A stretch of DNA of 64,000 bases from a phage. Position 1 is the first letter of the stretch. Each line of letters opens with the position of its first letter. Both the position numbers and the translations under genes were made by a program. Of the stretch, positions 17,175 to 26,588 are shown one piece after another. The notes below the pieces were generated by a model. That model saw nothing but the letters and a program-made list of their open reading frames with translations, did not search any database and had not been told where the DNA came from. Where the stretch lies: the sequence record NC_100372.1; one strand, written 5' to 3'.

Positions 17175-19486
17175 TCACCAAGGTAATTAAAAGCAACGGA
17201 TGTGAAGTAGCATTCGATCCGGAACGTTTAAATAAGGCAGCTATTTTCGGTGACGACGGTAACGGCAATTGGTCACATATTGCACTTGATGCATACAAAC
17301 GGCTGTATGATGGATGCACAACCAAAGAAGTTAACCAAGCTATTATAGACTCCTGTGTTAGCCGTAAGGACGAAGCACATTCTCGTATGGCTGGTCGTGT
17401 TCTTATCGGTCAGATTTATAAAGAGGCTTTTGGAGGATTCACAAAGATCCCTTCCTTACCATCATTTTACAATACCATGGTTGATAAAGGGTATTGGGAG
17501 GATATGGGCTATAGCTTTACCGAGTTAAACACTTTAGACACTGTTATTGATCACAGTAAAGACCTTGGTTATGGCTATGCAGTCCTTAAACAGTTTCGAG
17601 ACAAATACGGGATCAAGGATACTCTTAAAGACACCCTGTTCGAATCTCCACAGATGATGTTTATGGGGATAGCGATGGCTGTCATGAAAAATATGCCGAA
17701 AGAACGCCGTATTGACGATGTTGTAAAATTATACACTTATCTGTCAGACTTAAAGATCAATGCCCCGACACCGTACTTAAACGGTCTACGCACAGGCAAG
17801 ACAGGGTATGCATCTTGTTGTGTAATAAAAGCTGACGATACAGCAAAATCTATTGGTGTGGCACGTGAAGTTGCATACACAATGACGGTTAACCAAGCAG
17901 GTATTGGCTACTATTTATCATCAAGATCTGCAGGTGATGGTGTTCGTGGTAACACTATTAAACATATGGGCAAGATTCCATATTATCGAGGTATTGATGC
18001 TGGAGTTAAGGAGAACAGACAACAATCACGTGGCGGTTCTGCAACAGTATCATTCCTTGCACTGGACCCGCAGATTGATGAGCTAATCCGTTTGAGAAAC
18101 CCTATGACTGTTGCTTCAAAAAGAATCAACACCATGGACTACTCTATAGGTATTAATAGGTCGTTTATCAACCGTGTGGCTAAGAATTTAGATTGGATGC
18201 TTGTTTCTTATAAGCACGCTCCTCAACTGCATGAGGGTATCTTCACCATGTCTATGGAGGAGTTTGATGCAGAGGTTGATCGTATCGCTAAAGATGACAG
18301 TATTCCTAAAACATGGATCCGAGCTAGAGATCTTGCTGTTGAGCTGATCACTCAGCGTACCGAGGTTGGAAGGCTGTACGTATACTGGACAGATGAGATG
18401 AATAGACATACACCTTTTAAAGATGTAATCTATTCAAGTAACCTGTGTGCAGAAATAGCCCTCCCGACAAAAGGCTATTCAGATATGCGTAATATCTTCA
18501 AGTACGATGTTGATGATGGCGAAGTTGCATTGTGCTTCCTGTCATCTCTTGTAGCCGGAAGGGTTACCCCAGAGGAGTATGAGGATGTTGCATACTACAC
18601 GGTGCTTATGATTGACAATGTTATGGAAATCATGACATATCCGTATGAAAATATGGAGAGCACTGTTAAAAAACGCAGATCCATTGGGGTTGGCCTTACT
18701 AATGTTGCACATTTTATTGCCAGCCACAAGGTTACTTACGGATCTCCTGAAAGTAAACAGCTTGTTCACGATCTTGCAGAACTTCACAGCTACAGCTTGC
18801 ATAAGGCAAGTTTACGATTGGCAAAAGAGCGTGGTGTCTGTGAGTGGATGCATAAAACAAAATACCCGGAGGGTTGGTTACCAATCGACACCTATAACAA
18901 AGAGGTCGATAGTGTGGTGAAAGATCCTTCTCTTAAGCAGGATTGGGAAGGGTTACGTAAAGAAATCATTGAAAATGGTGGGCTACGTAATAGCGTTCTT
19001 GAAGCATATATGCCTAATGAAAGCTCTTCGCTGGCAACAAACACCACTAACGGGGTTTATCCTGTCCGTGAACACATTATCTTTAAAAAGTCACCACAAG
19101 GGCAGGTGCTGTTTATCGTTCCTGAATATGATGAACTGAAAGAGTATTATACCTCGGCTTGGGACGTTGATACTAGCGACATGATTGATATGTATGCTGT
19201 GATTCAAAAATTCACAGGACAGGCAATCAGTGCTGACCTATATATTGATTACACCAAGTTGAAAGATGGTAAAATTTCAATGAAAGAGCAGCTGGGGTAT
19301 CTTATCCGTGCTACTAAATTCGGGATGAAGACATGGTATTACTTAAACTCTCGGGTTGGTGCTGGTGACTCTTTGACAGAGGAGCTTCACGCGAAGAAAC
19401 AGGCTGAAGATGAAACCAGAAAGAACTATCCTTTGATTGCAGATAGTTCAGTTGAAGATCCGTATTGCGAAAGTTGTGCACTGTAA
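17171..19486 (+). CDS. nrdA: Ribonucleotide reductase class Ia large subunit
   Basis: 771 aa, N-terminal ATP-cone (VIKSNGCEVAFDPERLNKA), C-terminal redox Cys pair CESCAL. Confidence 0.9.
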   Translation: MITKVIKSNGCEVAFDPERLNKAAIFGDDGNGNWSHIALDAYKRLYDGCTTKEVNQAIIDSCVSRKDEAHSRMAGRVLIGQIYKEAFGGFTKIPSLPSFYNTMVDKGYWEDMGYSFTELNTLDTVIDHSKDLGYGYAVLKQFRDKYGIKDTLKDTLFESPQMMFMGIAMAVMKNMPKERRIDDVVKLYTYLSDLKINAPTPYLNGLRTGKTGYASCCVIKADDTAKSIGVAREVAYTMTVNQAGIGYYLSSRSAGDGVRGNTIKHMGKIPYYRGIDAGVKENRQQSRGGSATVSFLALDPQIDELIRLRNPMTVASKRINTMDYSIGINRSFINRVAKNLDWMLVSYKHAPQLHEGIFTMSMEEFDAEVDRIAKDDSIPKTWIRARDLAVELITQRTEVGRLYVYWTDEMNRHTPFKDVIYSSNLCAEIALPTKGYSDMRNIFKYDVDDGEVALCFLSSLVAGRVTPEEYEDVAYYTVLMIDNVMEIMTYPYENMESTVKKRRSIGVGLTNVAHFIASHKVTYGSPESKQLVHDLAELHSYSLHKASLRLAKERGVCEWMHKTKYPEGWLPIDTYNKEVDSVVKDPSLKQDWEGLRKEIIENGGLRNSVLEAYMPNESSSLATNTTNGVYPVREHIIFKKSPQGQVLFIVPEYDELKEYYTSAWDVDTSDMIDMYAVIQKFTGQAISADLYIDYTKLKDGKISMKEQLGYLIRATKFGMKTWYYLNSRVGAGDSLTEELHAKKQAEDETRKNYPLIADSSVEDPYCESCAL

Positions 19487-19492
19487 TTTAAA

Positions 19493-19513
19493 AAGGGGCT
19501 TCGGCCCCATTTT
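19493..19513 (+). terminator. Intrinsic terminator between nrdA and nrdB
   Basis: ggggc-ttcg-gcccc followed by atttta; A-run upstream. Confidence 0.55.
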
Positions 19514-19525
19514 AGAGGTAGAATA

Positions 19526-20614
19526 ATGGCTGTATTTAATACTGAGAACACTGCTCATAAAACTGGTGATTATCCGCTGTTTTTAGGACAGCAGATGGGG
19601 ATGTACGACTCTATTAACAAAAAGTACCCACAGCTGTTTGAACTATACAAAAAACAAAAAGAACAAGATTGGGCAGAGGACGAAGTAGATTTGTCACAGT
19701 CTATTTCGGATTTCGTAACATGCTCAAAGTCAACTTACGATGTAATGGTGCAGACACTGATGTGGCAATGGGAGGCAGACAGTGTTGCAGCAAGATCTAT
19801 CATTTGTCTGTTTTCACCATTTATCACTAATAGTGAACTTTTCACCTTGTTGATGAAGCAGTCTGAGATCGAGGTTCTTCATGCACTAACTTACTCAGAG
19901 ATTGTTAGACAATGCCTTCCTAATGCTCGTGAGATTATAGAAGAGATTCAGGAAAACCAGAACGTGCTAAGCAGGTCTGGAGTTATTGTCAAATATATGC
20001 AAGAGCTTGAGGTTATTGGTGCAAAATACCGACTGGATCCTTCCAGTGTTGAAGAAGATGTTGTACGGAAATGTATCCTTAGAGCACTTTTTGCACTTTT
20101 AGCTCTAGAGAGTATTGAGTTTATTGCAAGTTTTGCATGTACGTTCGCAGTAGCTGAGCAAGGTATTTTTGTTCAAGTTGCACAACTCGTTCAAAAAATT
20201 ATGCTTGATGAGATGCTGCATTCGAAAGGTGATTTTGCTATCATCGATATCCTGCTTGATGATCCTACATGGGAGCAAAGCTTTCTTGAGATTAAGGGAG
20301 AGTTAAAAGAGATTCTTGACGAAGTACGGATCAAGGAGTACGGTTGGAGTGACTATATTTTCAGCGAAGGAAGGGCGATTATAGGGCTTAACTCACCATT
20401 ACTTAAAGAATGGGTTGACTATAACTGTTCACCGATTTATGATTACTATAACATCGACAAAGACTTTGTGCCGCCAACAAAAGACCCGTTACCGTTTATG
20501 CAGGTGTGGATGAAACCTTCACTGCAACAGACGGCTAACCAGGAAATGTCTAACACCGACTATCGCGTCAACACAACTGTTAATGACGCTGAAGAAGAAA
20601 TTTGGGAGTTTTAA
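19526..20614 (+). CDS. nrdB: Ribonucleotide reductase class Ia small subunit
   Basis: 362 aa; ferritin-like ExxH segment DEMLHSKG; position after nrdA. Confidence 0.85.
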   Translation: MAVFNTENTAHKTGDYPLFLGQQMGMYDSINKKYPQLFELYKKQKEQDWAEDEVDLSQSISDFVTCSKSTYDVMVQTLMWQWEADSVAARSIICLFSPFITNSELFTLLMKQSEIEVLHALTYSEIVRQCLPNAREIIEEIQENQNVLSRSGVIVKYMQELEVIGAKYRLDPSSVEEDVVRKCILRALFALLALESIEFIASFACTFAVAEQGIFVQVAQLVQKIMLDEMLHSKGDFAIIDILLDDPTWEQSFLEIKGELKEILDEVRIKEYGWSDYIFSEGRAIIGLNSPLLKEWVDYNCSPIYDYYNIDKDFVPPTKDPLPFMQVWMKPSLQQTANQEMSNTDYRVNTTVNDAEEEIWEF

Positions 20615-20617
20615 TAT

Positions 20618-20896
20618 ATGAGCTGTGAAAAATCTTTTTTCATTATCATCTACGGTAAGGATAACTGCCCACATTGTGTAAGAGCAAAAGAATTTGCAGC
20701 AAGCAAAGGTATACCTTTCGTATACAAGACGCTCGGTGAAGGATACACAAAAGAAGAGCTTATTGAGAAGTGTAGTCCATTTGTTCCCAGAACGTTGCCT
20801 CAGATCTTCTTGGAAAGCAACCTTGATAGTGTCCACATAGGTGGTGCTGACGATTTCATCTCTTTTGTTAAGAATGGTTTTGGAGAGAAAAAGTGA
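20618..20896 (+). CDS. Glutaredoxin-like redoxin (RNR hydrogen donor)
   Basis: Active-site CPHC in YGKDNCPHCVRAKEF; 92 aa. Confidence 0.75.
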   Translation: MSCEKSFFIIIYGKDNCPHCVRAKEFAASKGIPFVYKTLGEGYTKEELIEKCSPFVPRTLPQIFLESNLDSVHIGGADDFISFVKNGFGEKK

Positions 20897-23016
20897 AAGT
20901 TGTAAAACGGGACGGTAGAGAAGAGGTCTATAACGGAGTTAAGGTAATCAAGGCGGCAGAGTCCGCCTTACTTGAGTCTGGGCATACTGAAGAAGAAGCT
21001 TACCGGATCGCTTGTGCGATTAATGAAGTTGTTGCCAACAATCTACCAACCGACCAGTGCACGATCTCTGTAAAAAATATCCATATCCTTGTTGAAGATG
21101 CTCTTATGGATATGGGTTTAAAATGTGCAGCCAGAGAATATATCCAGTATAGACAGACAAGAGATAATAACAGAGAGGCAGGTGGAAAACTGCTTGCAGA
21201 TATTAGTGGCTTCTTGGATCGAACTTGTGATGAATTTACAAAAGAAAACGCAAATAAGCCCACTAATCATGTACATACTCATCGTGACCTGCTTGCAGGT
21301 ATCCTTAGCAAACACCTTGCATCAACACAGATACTGCCAGATCGTGTCTCCGAAGAGCACAACAAGGGATTCATCCATGTGCATGATCTTGACTATCTGA
21401 TCAGTCCGTTAACAAACTGCTGTTTGGTGAATTATCCGGATATGCTGGAAAACGGATTCAACATTGGCAACGCCCATGTCAGTAAGCCGAAGTCAATAGG
21501 GGTTGCAACAACAATCCTCAGCCAAATCTCTAGTGCAGTAGCTAGTGCTCAATATGGTGGTCAGACCATGAGCCATATTGATCATTATCTGGCGCAGTAT
21601 GCTGAAGCAACCTATGAGAAGAATCTTAAATTTTGTCAGGAACATTGGTTGCCGGATGCTGAGACTGTTGCAATGCAAATGACGGATAAAGACGTGTTTG
21701 ATAGTATGCAAACTTTGCTATACCAAATCAATACGTTAACTTCTGTCAACGGGCAAACCCCATTCATCACATTAAGTTTAGGACTGGATACCTCAATCTT
21801 TGGTAGAATGATTACCAAAAACTACCTGAAAGTCCACAAAATGGGTCTTGGTGAAGAACGTATCACACCTGTGTTCCCTAAGGTGCTGTTCTTCCTGGAG
21901 GAGGGTATCAACATGAACCCCGGGGATCCTAACTATGATTTGAAACGATTAGCTCTGGAATGCTCTGCAGAGCGGATTTATCCTGACTTCGTATCTGTAC
22001 CACTAAATAGAAAAGTGACAGGTTCAACAGAAGGTAATGTCACAAGCATGGGTTGCCGGAGTTTTCTTAGCAAATACAATGACTTGGAAACAGGAGAGGA
22101 GAAATACCTTGGCAGATTTAACTTAGGTGTTGTTAGCCTTAACCTACCAATGATTGCGGCAAAAGCTAAAACGGAAGGTGTTGATTTCTTTGCAGTTCTT
22201 GACGAGTACTTGGATCTGGCATACGAGGCTCATCTTGTAAGGGTTAACCGTCTAAAAGGAACAAAGGCAGGGCAGAACCCCATCATGTGGTGTGAAGGAG
22301 CTCTTGCTCGCCTGGATCCTGAAGAGAGTATTGATAAACTCTTCTATGACGGGTATGCTTCCATAAGTATTGGATATATTGGTGTGTATGAAACCTGCCA
22401 GATTTTAGGCAGAGAGGGAGACAAGTCCTTAGCTCTTGGGATCCTTCAGCACATGAAAGACGCTTGTGATCGGTACAAAAAAGAAAGTGGTCTGGCATTC
22501 AGCTTGTACGGCACTCCTTCAGAGAGCTTGTGCTATAAGGCTGCAACATGTCTAGATCGTGAATATCCTGAAGTGTTGAAGCACGAGCACGAATACCTTA
22601 CCAACAGTTTCCACCAGCCCGTGTGGATCAATAGCTCACCTTTTGACAAGTGGAAGTATGAGGAAGGTTTTGCTATGATCTCTTCTGGCGGTAACATTGG
22701 ATACATAGAAACACCTAACCTGAAAAACAACCTGGATGCTTTGGAATCCCTTGTCGATTTCGGGTATAAACACATTATGTATTTTGGTATTAACCAACCT
22801 GTGGATAAATGTCTTAAGTGCGGATTCTCTGGTGAGTTCAGTGCAACAGCTAAAGGCTTTGTATGCCCAGAGTGCGGAAACCATGAAGAGGGAACGATCA
22901 GTGTGATTAGACGTGTATCTGGGTATCTGTCCAGTCCAAACTCCCGACCTTACAACAAAGGTAAGCAAGCGGAAGTTATAGAACGGGTTAAGCACTACGG
23001 CAGCTGTGGTTGCTGA
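20893..23016 (+). CDS. nrdD: Anaerobic ribonucleoside-triphosphate reductase (class III)
   Basis: 707 aa; N-terminal ATP-cone; C-terminal zinc site CLKCGF...CPECG; glycyl-radical motif RRVSGYL. Confidence 0.9.
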   Translation: MKVVKRDGREEVYNGVKVIKAAESALLESGHTEEEAYRIACAINEVVANNLPTDQCTISVKNIHILVEDALMDMGLKCAAREYIQYRQTRDNNREAGGKLLADISGFLDRTCDEFTKENANKPTNHVHTHRDLLAGILSKHLASTQILPDRVSEEHNKGFIHVHDLDYLISPLTNCCLVNYPDMLENGFNIGNAHVSKPKSIGVATTILSQISSAVASAQYGGQTMSHIDHYLAQYAEATYEKNLKFCQEHWLPDAETVAMQMTDKDVFDSMQTLLYQINTLTSVNGQTPFITLSLGLDTSIFGRMITKNYLKVHKMGLGEERITPVFPKVLFFLEEGINMNPGDPNYDLKRLALECSAERIYPDFVSVPLNRKVTGSTEGNVTSMGCRSFLSKYNDLETGEEKYLGRFNLGVVSLNLPMIAAKAKTEGVDFFAVLDEYLDLAYEAHLVRVNRLKGTKAGQNPIMWCEGALARLDPEESIDKLFYDGYASISIGYIGVYETCQILGREGDKSLALGILQHMKDACDRYKKESGLAFSLYGTPSESLCYKAATCLDREYPEVLKHEHEYLTNSFHQPVWINSSPFDKWKYEEGFAMISSGGNIGYIETPNLKNNLDALESLVDFGYKHIMYFGINQPVDKCLKCGFSGEFSATAKGFVCPECGNHEEGTISVIRRVSGYLSSPNSRPYNKGKQAEVIERVKHYGSCGC

Positions 23017-23079
23017 TACTTGACAAAAGCCACAAGGATGTGGCATATTGTTGTTACACAGTAAACTAGGAGGTGCAGT

Positions 23080-23196
23080 ATGTCGTCAGGTATTTATAAA
23101 ATTTGCAAGTGTGGTTGTCATTGCAATCTTCGTTGGTGCAAGGCACTGGATGATTTTATTTGGCATTGTCCTAAATGTGATGCGGAGTACTTATGA
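23080..23196 (+). CDS. Cys-rich 38-aa micro-protein (MSSGIYKICKCGCHCNLRWCKALDDFIWHCPKCDAEYL), putative zinc ribbon
   Basis: AGGAGG RBS 7 nt upstream; stop overlaps the nrdG start (ttATGA); not in the ORF track because it is under 60 aa. Confidence 0.35.
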   Translation: MSSGIYKICKCGCHCNLRWCKALDDFIWHCPKCDAEYL

Positions 23197-23666
23197 ATAT
23201 TGTCGGATACACAGAAATATCCTACACCGAAGGGCCAGGTCTCAGGACGGCCTTGTGGGTATCTGGGTGCCCACACGCTTGTCCTGGTTGCTTTAATCAA
23301 GCATTTTGGTCCAAAGATAAGGGAAGAGAATTCACCGAAGAAGATTTGCAGAGAATTTTGTCAGATTTGGACAATGAATCTATATGCGGTATTTCTTTGC
23401 TTGGTGGAGAGCCTTTGGCTACGTATAATGAGCCCGGTATTATTAAACTTATGAGGAGAATTAAGGAAAAGTTTGGTGACAAGAAAACTATTCTTGTGTA
23501 TACTGGGTTCACATTTGAGCATATCTCTAGTGATGTTCTTGAGCTGGCTGATATCATCATTGATGGCAAGTATGTAAAAGATTTACCAACAAAGAAACCA
23601 TTCCGAGGCAGCGATAACCAAAGAATGTTTAAAAAGGTAGCAGGCGGTTGGGTTCAGGTTGACTAA
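23193..23666 (+). CDS. nrdG: Anaerobic RNR activating enzyme (radical SAM)
   Basis: Cluster motif CPHACPGC (CxxxCxxC) near the N-terminus; 157 aa. Confidence 0.85.
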   Translation: MNIVGYTEISYTEGPGLRTALWVSGCPHACPGCFNQAFWSKDKGREFTEEDLQRILSDLDNESICGISLLGGEPLATYNEPGIIKLMRRIKEKFGDKKTILVYTGFTFEHISSDVLELADIIIDGKYVKDLPTKKPFRGSDNQRMFKKVAGGWVQVD

Positions 23667-23669
23667 TCG

Positions 23670-23699
23670 TTGACAAAGCTTTGGTAAGTTGGTTATAAT
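23670..23699 (+). promoter_or_regulatory. Sigma70-like promoter
   Basis: TTGACA 23670-23675, 18-nt spacer, TATAAT 23694-23699. Confidence 0.6.
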
Positions 23700-23728
23700 T
23701 ATCGTAATGAAAGCAGAGGAGGTGCCAA

Positions 23729-23842
23729 ATGGCTAAAAAAGCCTTGAAGAAGGCGTACAAGAAAGAGATTGCGCTTGAGCTTAAGAAAAAACACAAGCGT
23801 GAAAAGAAATATCATGAAGATGAAGAGGGGGTGCAGCAGTGA
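23729..23842 (+). CDS. Lysine-rich 37-aa peptide (MAKKALKKAYKKEIALELKKKHKREKKYHEDEEGVQQ)
   Basis: GAGGAGG RBS upstream; overlaps the GTG start of the next ORF; below the ORF-track threshold. Confidence 0.3.
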   Translation: MAKKALKKAYKKEIALELKKKHKREKKYHEDEEGVQQ

Positions 23843-24189
23843 CACAAGAGCGTATTGATTTAGCCAGTAAGTTTGTAGATCTCATTTTGCCACGGTTGGT
23901 TACTCAACATGCAGACGCTATTTCTACCAATCTTGATGGCTTACGCCTAATGCTGAACCGAACAGATGACCCACGTATTCGGGCCGATTTAGAGGCCTCT
24001 GCCAACAAACTGGAAAAGTTCTTGCAAGTAGACACGCAAGAAGCCTTGCACAAGATTATGGTGGAAGGTTTCTCTAAAGAATTCACCGTTAAAGAGCTTA
24101 AGGAGCTGATCCGCCAAGAAGAGATGAATATCCGAGTTCAGGCTGTTGCAAGCAGCATGGAAGCGGCTATTGAAAAACTGTTGCAGTAA
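23839..24189 (+). CDS. Hypothetical coiled-coil protein
   Basis: 116-aa ORF (track start is a non-ATG codon), helical/charged composition. Confidence 0.4.
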   Translation: MTQERIDLASKFVDLILPRLVTQHADAISTNLDGLRLMLNRTDDPRIRADLEASANKLEKFLQVDTQEALHKIMVEGFSKEFTVKELKELIRQEEMNIRVQAVASSMEAAIEKLLQ

Positions 24190-24227
24190 AAGTCCTTGAC
24201 ACATCTCAATCTGAAAGGAGTCCCAAC

Positions 24228-25016
24228 ATGGGTCGAGCTAAAGAAACAAAACGCATGCGTGATGAAGCCAGAGAGGCTCGCAAATCTGATCGCCTGCGTA
24301 AGGCTGCTGAGAAATTTGCTGACGAACGAGAGCACACAGCTCCAGCTCTCCGACCAATGAACAAAAAGCAGCAAAAGTATCTTGATTATCTAGGATCGCG
24401 TAAGATTATTATTGTAAACGGTGTGTTTGGATCCGGTAAGACATTCATGGCATCCGCATATGCAGGTGATCTTTTGCGTAAGAACGAGATTGATAAGATC
24501 ATTGTTGCACGCCCTTACGTTCAGACAGGAAAGACTTCAGGGTTTAAACCTGGAAACGCAATGCAGAAACTGTGGCCCTATCTCCGAAGCATGATGGACA
24601 CGATTTGTCGTCGTGTTGGCAAAGGTGCTTTTGCCGCAATGCTGGGAGATGGTCAGAACAGTCGTATCGAGATCTGTGAAGTTGAAAGCATTCGTGGTCG
24701 TAGTTTCGATGAGCGATGCTTTGTCCTAATTGACGAGGCACAGCAAACTAACCCTGAAGAGATGTTGTCAATTATCACAAGGATCTCTGATCAGGCCACA
24801 CTTGTAATCATGGGTGATAATAGCCAACGTGACATCCCTGGTAAGTCTGGGCTTGCATGGGTAACGGATTTCTTTACTCGTCATCCAGATCCTGAGGTTG
24901 GGATGATTAGCTTTGATAGCCCAGATGATGTTGTTCGTTCTGGATTGGGCCGTCAGATTGCACTCAATCTTATTAAGGATCGTGCAAATCATATTTGGAC
25001 ACCTGTTTCCGAGTAA
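24228..25016 (+). CDS. phoH: PhoH-like ATPase
   Basis: Walker A NGVFGSGKTF; 262 aa. Confidence 0.8.
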   Translation: MGRAKETKRMRDEAREARKSDRLRKAAEKFADEREHTAPALRPMNKKQQKYLDYLGSRKIIIVNGVFGSGKTFMASAYAGDLLRKNEIDKIIVARPYVQTGKTSGFKPGNAMQKLWPYLRSMMDTICRRVGKGAFAAMLGDGQNSRIEICEVESIRGRSFDERCFVLIDEAQQTNPEEMLSIITRISDQATLVIMGDNSQRDIPGKSGLAWVTDFFTRHPDPEVGMISFDSPDDVVRSGLGRQIALNLIKDRANHIWTPVSE

Positions 25017-25021
25017 TACAA

Positions 25022-25042
25022 AAGGGTGGTTATTCCACCCTT
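25022..25042 (+). terminator. Hairpin after phoH
   Basis: aagggtgg-ttatt-ccaccctt; weak U tract. Confidence 0.4.
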
Positions 25043-25060
25043 AAATATCTAAAACAATTA

Positions 25061-25089
25061 TTGACAAACAGATAAGTTTTAGGTATTAT
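25061..25089 (+). promoter_or_regulatory. Sigma70-like promoter
   Basis: TTGACA 25061-25066, 17-nt spacer, TATTAT 25084-25089. Confidence 0.6.
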
Positions 25090-25114
25090 CGAACAAAACA
25101 AGGAGAATGACAGT

Positions 25115-25426
25115 ATGGCTACAATACAAGAGAGACTGAATAAGATATACTGCCTATTTGTCTATAACGGTGAGACAATTTTGGCAAACAAAGGATACAA
25201 GAATGTGTGGATTAAGGACAGCGGTGGTAACATAATCAACTTGGCGCTACTACGTGAGCGAAGACACCGATTCTTCACTGAGTCCCGTGTTATTGAAAGC
25301 AACACATTTTACAGAACAGGGGATAAAGTAATTGTTGACAATGACACGTGGTATGTGGTAGACTGGCAATCGTTGACCTGTGATGCTTCTGACAATTGTA
25401 AGTATTCCATGGTAATTGCTAAATAA
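25115..25426 (+). CDS. Hypothetical protein
   Basis: 103-aa ORF with an AAGGAG RBS. Confidence 0.4.
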   Translation: MATIQERLNKIYCLFVYNGETILANKGYKNVWIKDSGGNIINLALLRERRHRFFTESRVIESNTFYRTGDKVIVDNDTWYVVDWQSLTCDASDNCKYSMVIAK

Positions 25427-25487
25427 AGGCAAATGAGAATCAGGTTTAAATAGATCGCTTTTAACTTTCCAACATTAAGGACCTCAC

Positions 25488-26537
25488 ATGAATTTAACAC
25501 CTCGCAGCACCATGGTACACGGCATGAAAGAAAAACAGAACGGCTTCGAACCGATGAGTAATAAAATGTTTGGTATGCCTGGTGGTATTATGGAAACATA
25601 CAGCTACCCAACGCCAGTTGTTGACCACGTGCTTTATATTGACGATCTTGATGATTTGCAGGATCATATGTCCCGTTTGCAAACAATTCGTATGGCACGG
25701 CCGGAAGAAAGTATCCGTGTAATTGTTAACAGCCCTGGTGGTTGCGTCCACATTGCTATGGCGTATTTGCAGGCATTCCGCGAGTCTCAGGCAAGCGTTG
25801 TTGTACACGCTGAAGGGATGTGCTGCTCAGCAGGAACAATCTTATGGCTGGGTTGCAAAGAACGAACTGTGGCTCCGGACACAGAGTTTATGTTCCACTA
25901 CTATCAAGGTGGCACCTATGGCAACGGTGTGAACATGAATACTCAGGTCAACTACTGGAAGAAACGTTTTGAACGCCTGATCGAAAAATACTACGGTGGG
26001 GTTCTGACAGAAGATGAGATCGCATCCATCACGGCTGGTGGAGAAGTGTGGTTGGATGGAGAAGAGCTGGCAGCTCGAACTGGTGCTATCATTCTGGACG
26101 ATGAAAACATTCAGCGCATTCAGAATGGGCAGAAACCGAAAAAGCTTTTGGCAAAAAGTGATGAAGAAGGTGTGCTAGGCGAAGCAGGCCTGCCAGAGAT
26201 TCACCAATGCACATCTCTGGACGAGCTGGTCCATGCTGTTGAGTCTGCAAAAGTAAATGGTATGAAAGGTGATGTTCACACTGTGTTCCTGAATCTGCAG
26301 ATGGAGAGTGGTGAGACCGTTAAGATTGCACTGGGTGAGATTACCTCGGAAGATCTGCAGCGATTCTCTGTGGTAGAGCTTCAGGACATTTTGTCCCAAT
26401 TGAAAACCACCCTGAACGGAGGTGAAGAAGTTCAGGTTAAAGATAAGACCCGCAAGCGTCTGGTGGACAATATTATTAAAACAGCAAAAGAGCTCAATGA
26501 AAAAATCCTGGGCGCAGGAATTGTCGAAGAAGCTTAA
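25488..26537 (+). CDS. ClpP-family serine protease-like protein with long C-terminal extension
   Basis: ClpP-like core with the Ser in EGMCCSAGTILWLG; 349 aa versus roughly 200 for ClpP; start may be internal. Confidence 0.6.
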   Translation: MNLTPRSTMVHGMKEKQNGFEPMSNKMFGMPGGIMETYSYPTPVVDHVLYIDDLDDLQDHMSRLQTIRMARPEESIRVIVNSPGGCVHIAMAYLQAFRESQASVVVHAEGMCCSAGTILWLGCKERTVAPDTEFMFHYYQGGTYGNGVNMNTQVNYWKKRFERLIEKYYGGVLTEDEIASITAGGEVWLDGEELAARTGAIILDDENIQRIQNGQKPKKLLAKSDEEGVLGEAGLPEIHQCTSLDELVHAVESAKVNGMKGDVHTVFLNLQMESGETVKIALGEITSEDLQRFSVVELQDILSQLKTTLNGGEEVQVKDKTRKRLVDNIIKTAKELNEKILGAGIVEEA

Positions 26538-26548
26538 ACATTAATCTT

Positions 26549-26574
26549 AAAGCCCTCTTCGGAGGGCTTTTATG
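26549..26574 (+). terminator. Intrinsic terminator
   Basis: aaagccctc-ttcg-gagggcttt followed by tat. Confidence 0.7.
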
Positions 26575-26588
26575 ATCTGGAGATTTGC

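Noticed and set aside
17171-23016. Intein or group I intron insertions in nrdA, nrdB or nrdD, which are common in phage RNR genes
   Set aside because: All three ORFs are uninterrupted and of typical length (771, 362, 707 aa) with N- and C-terminal signature motifs in place; no internal homing-endonuclease-like segment was seen.
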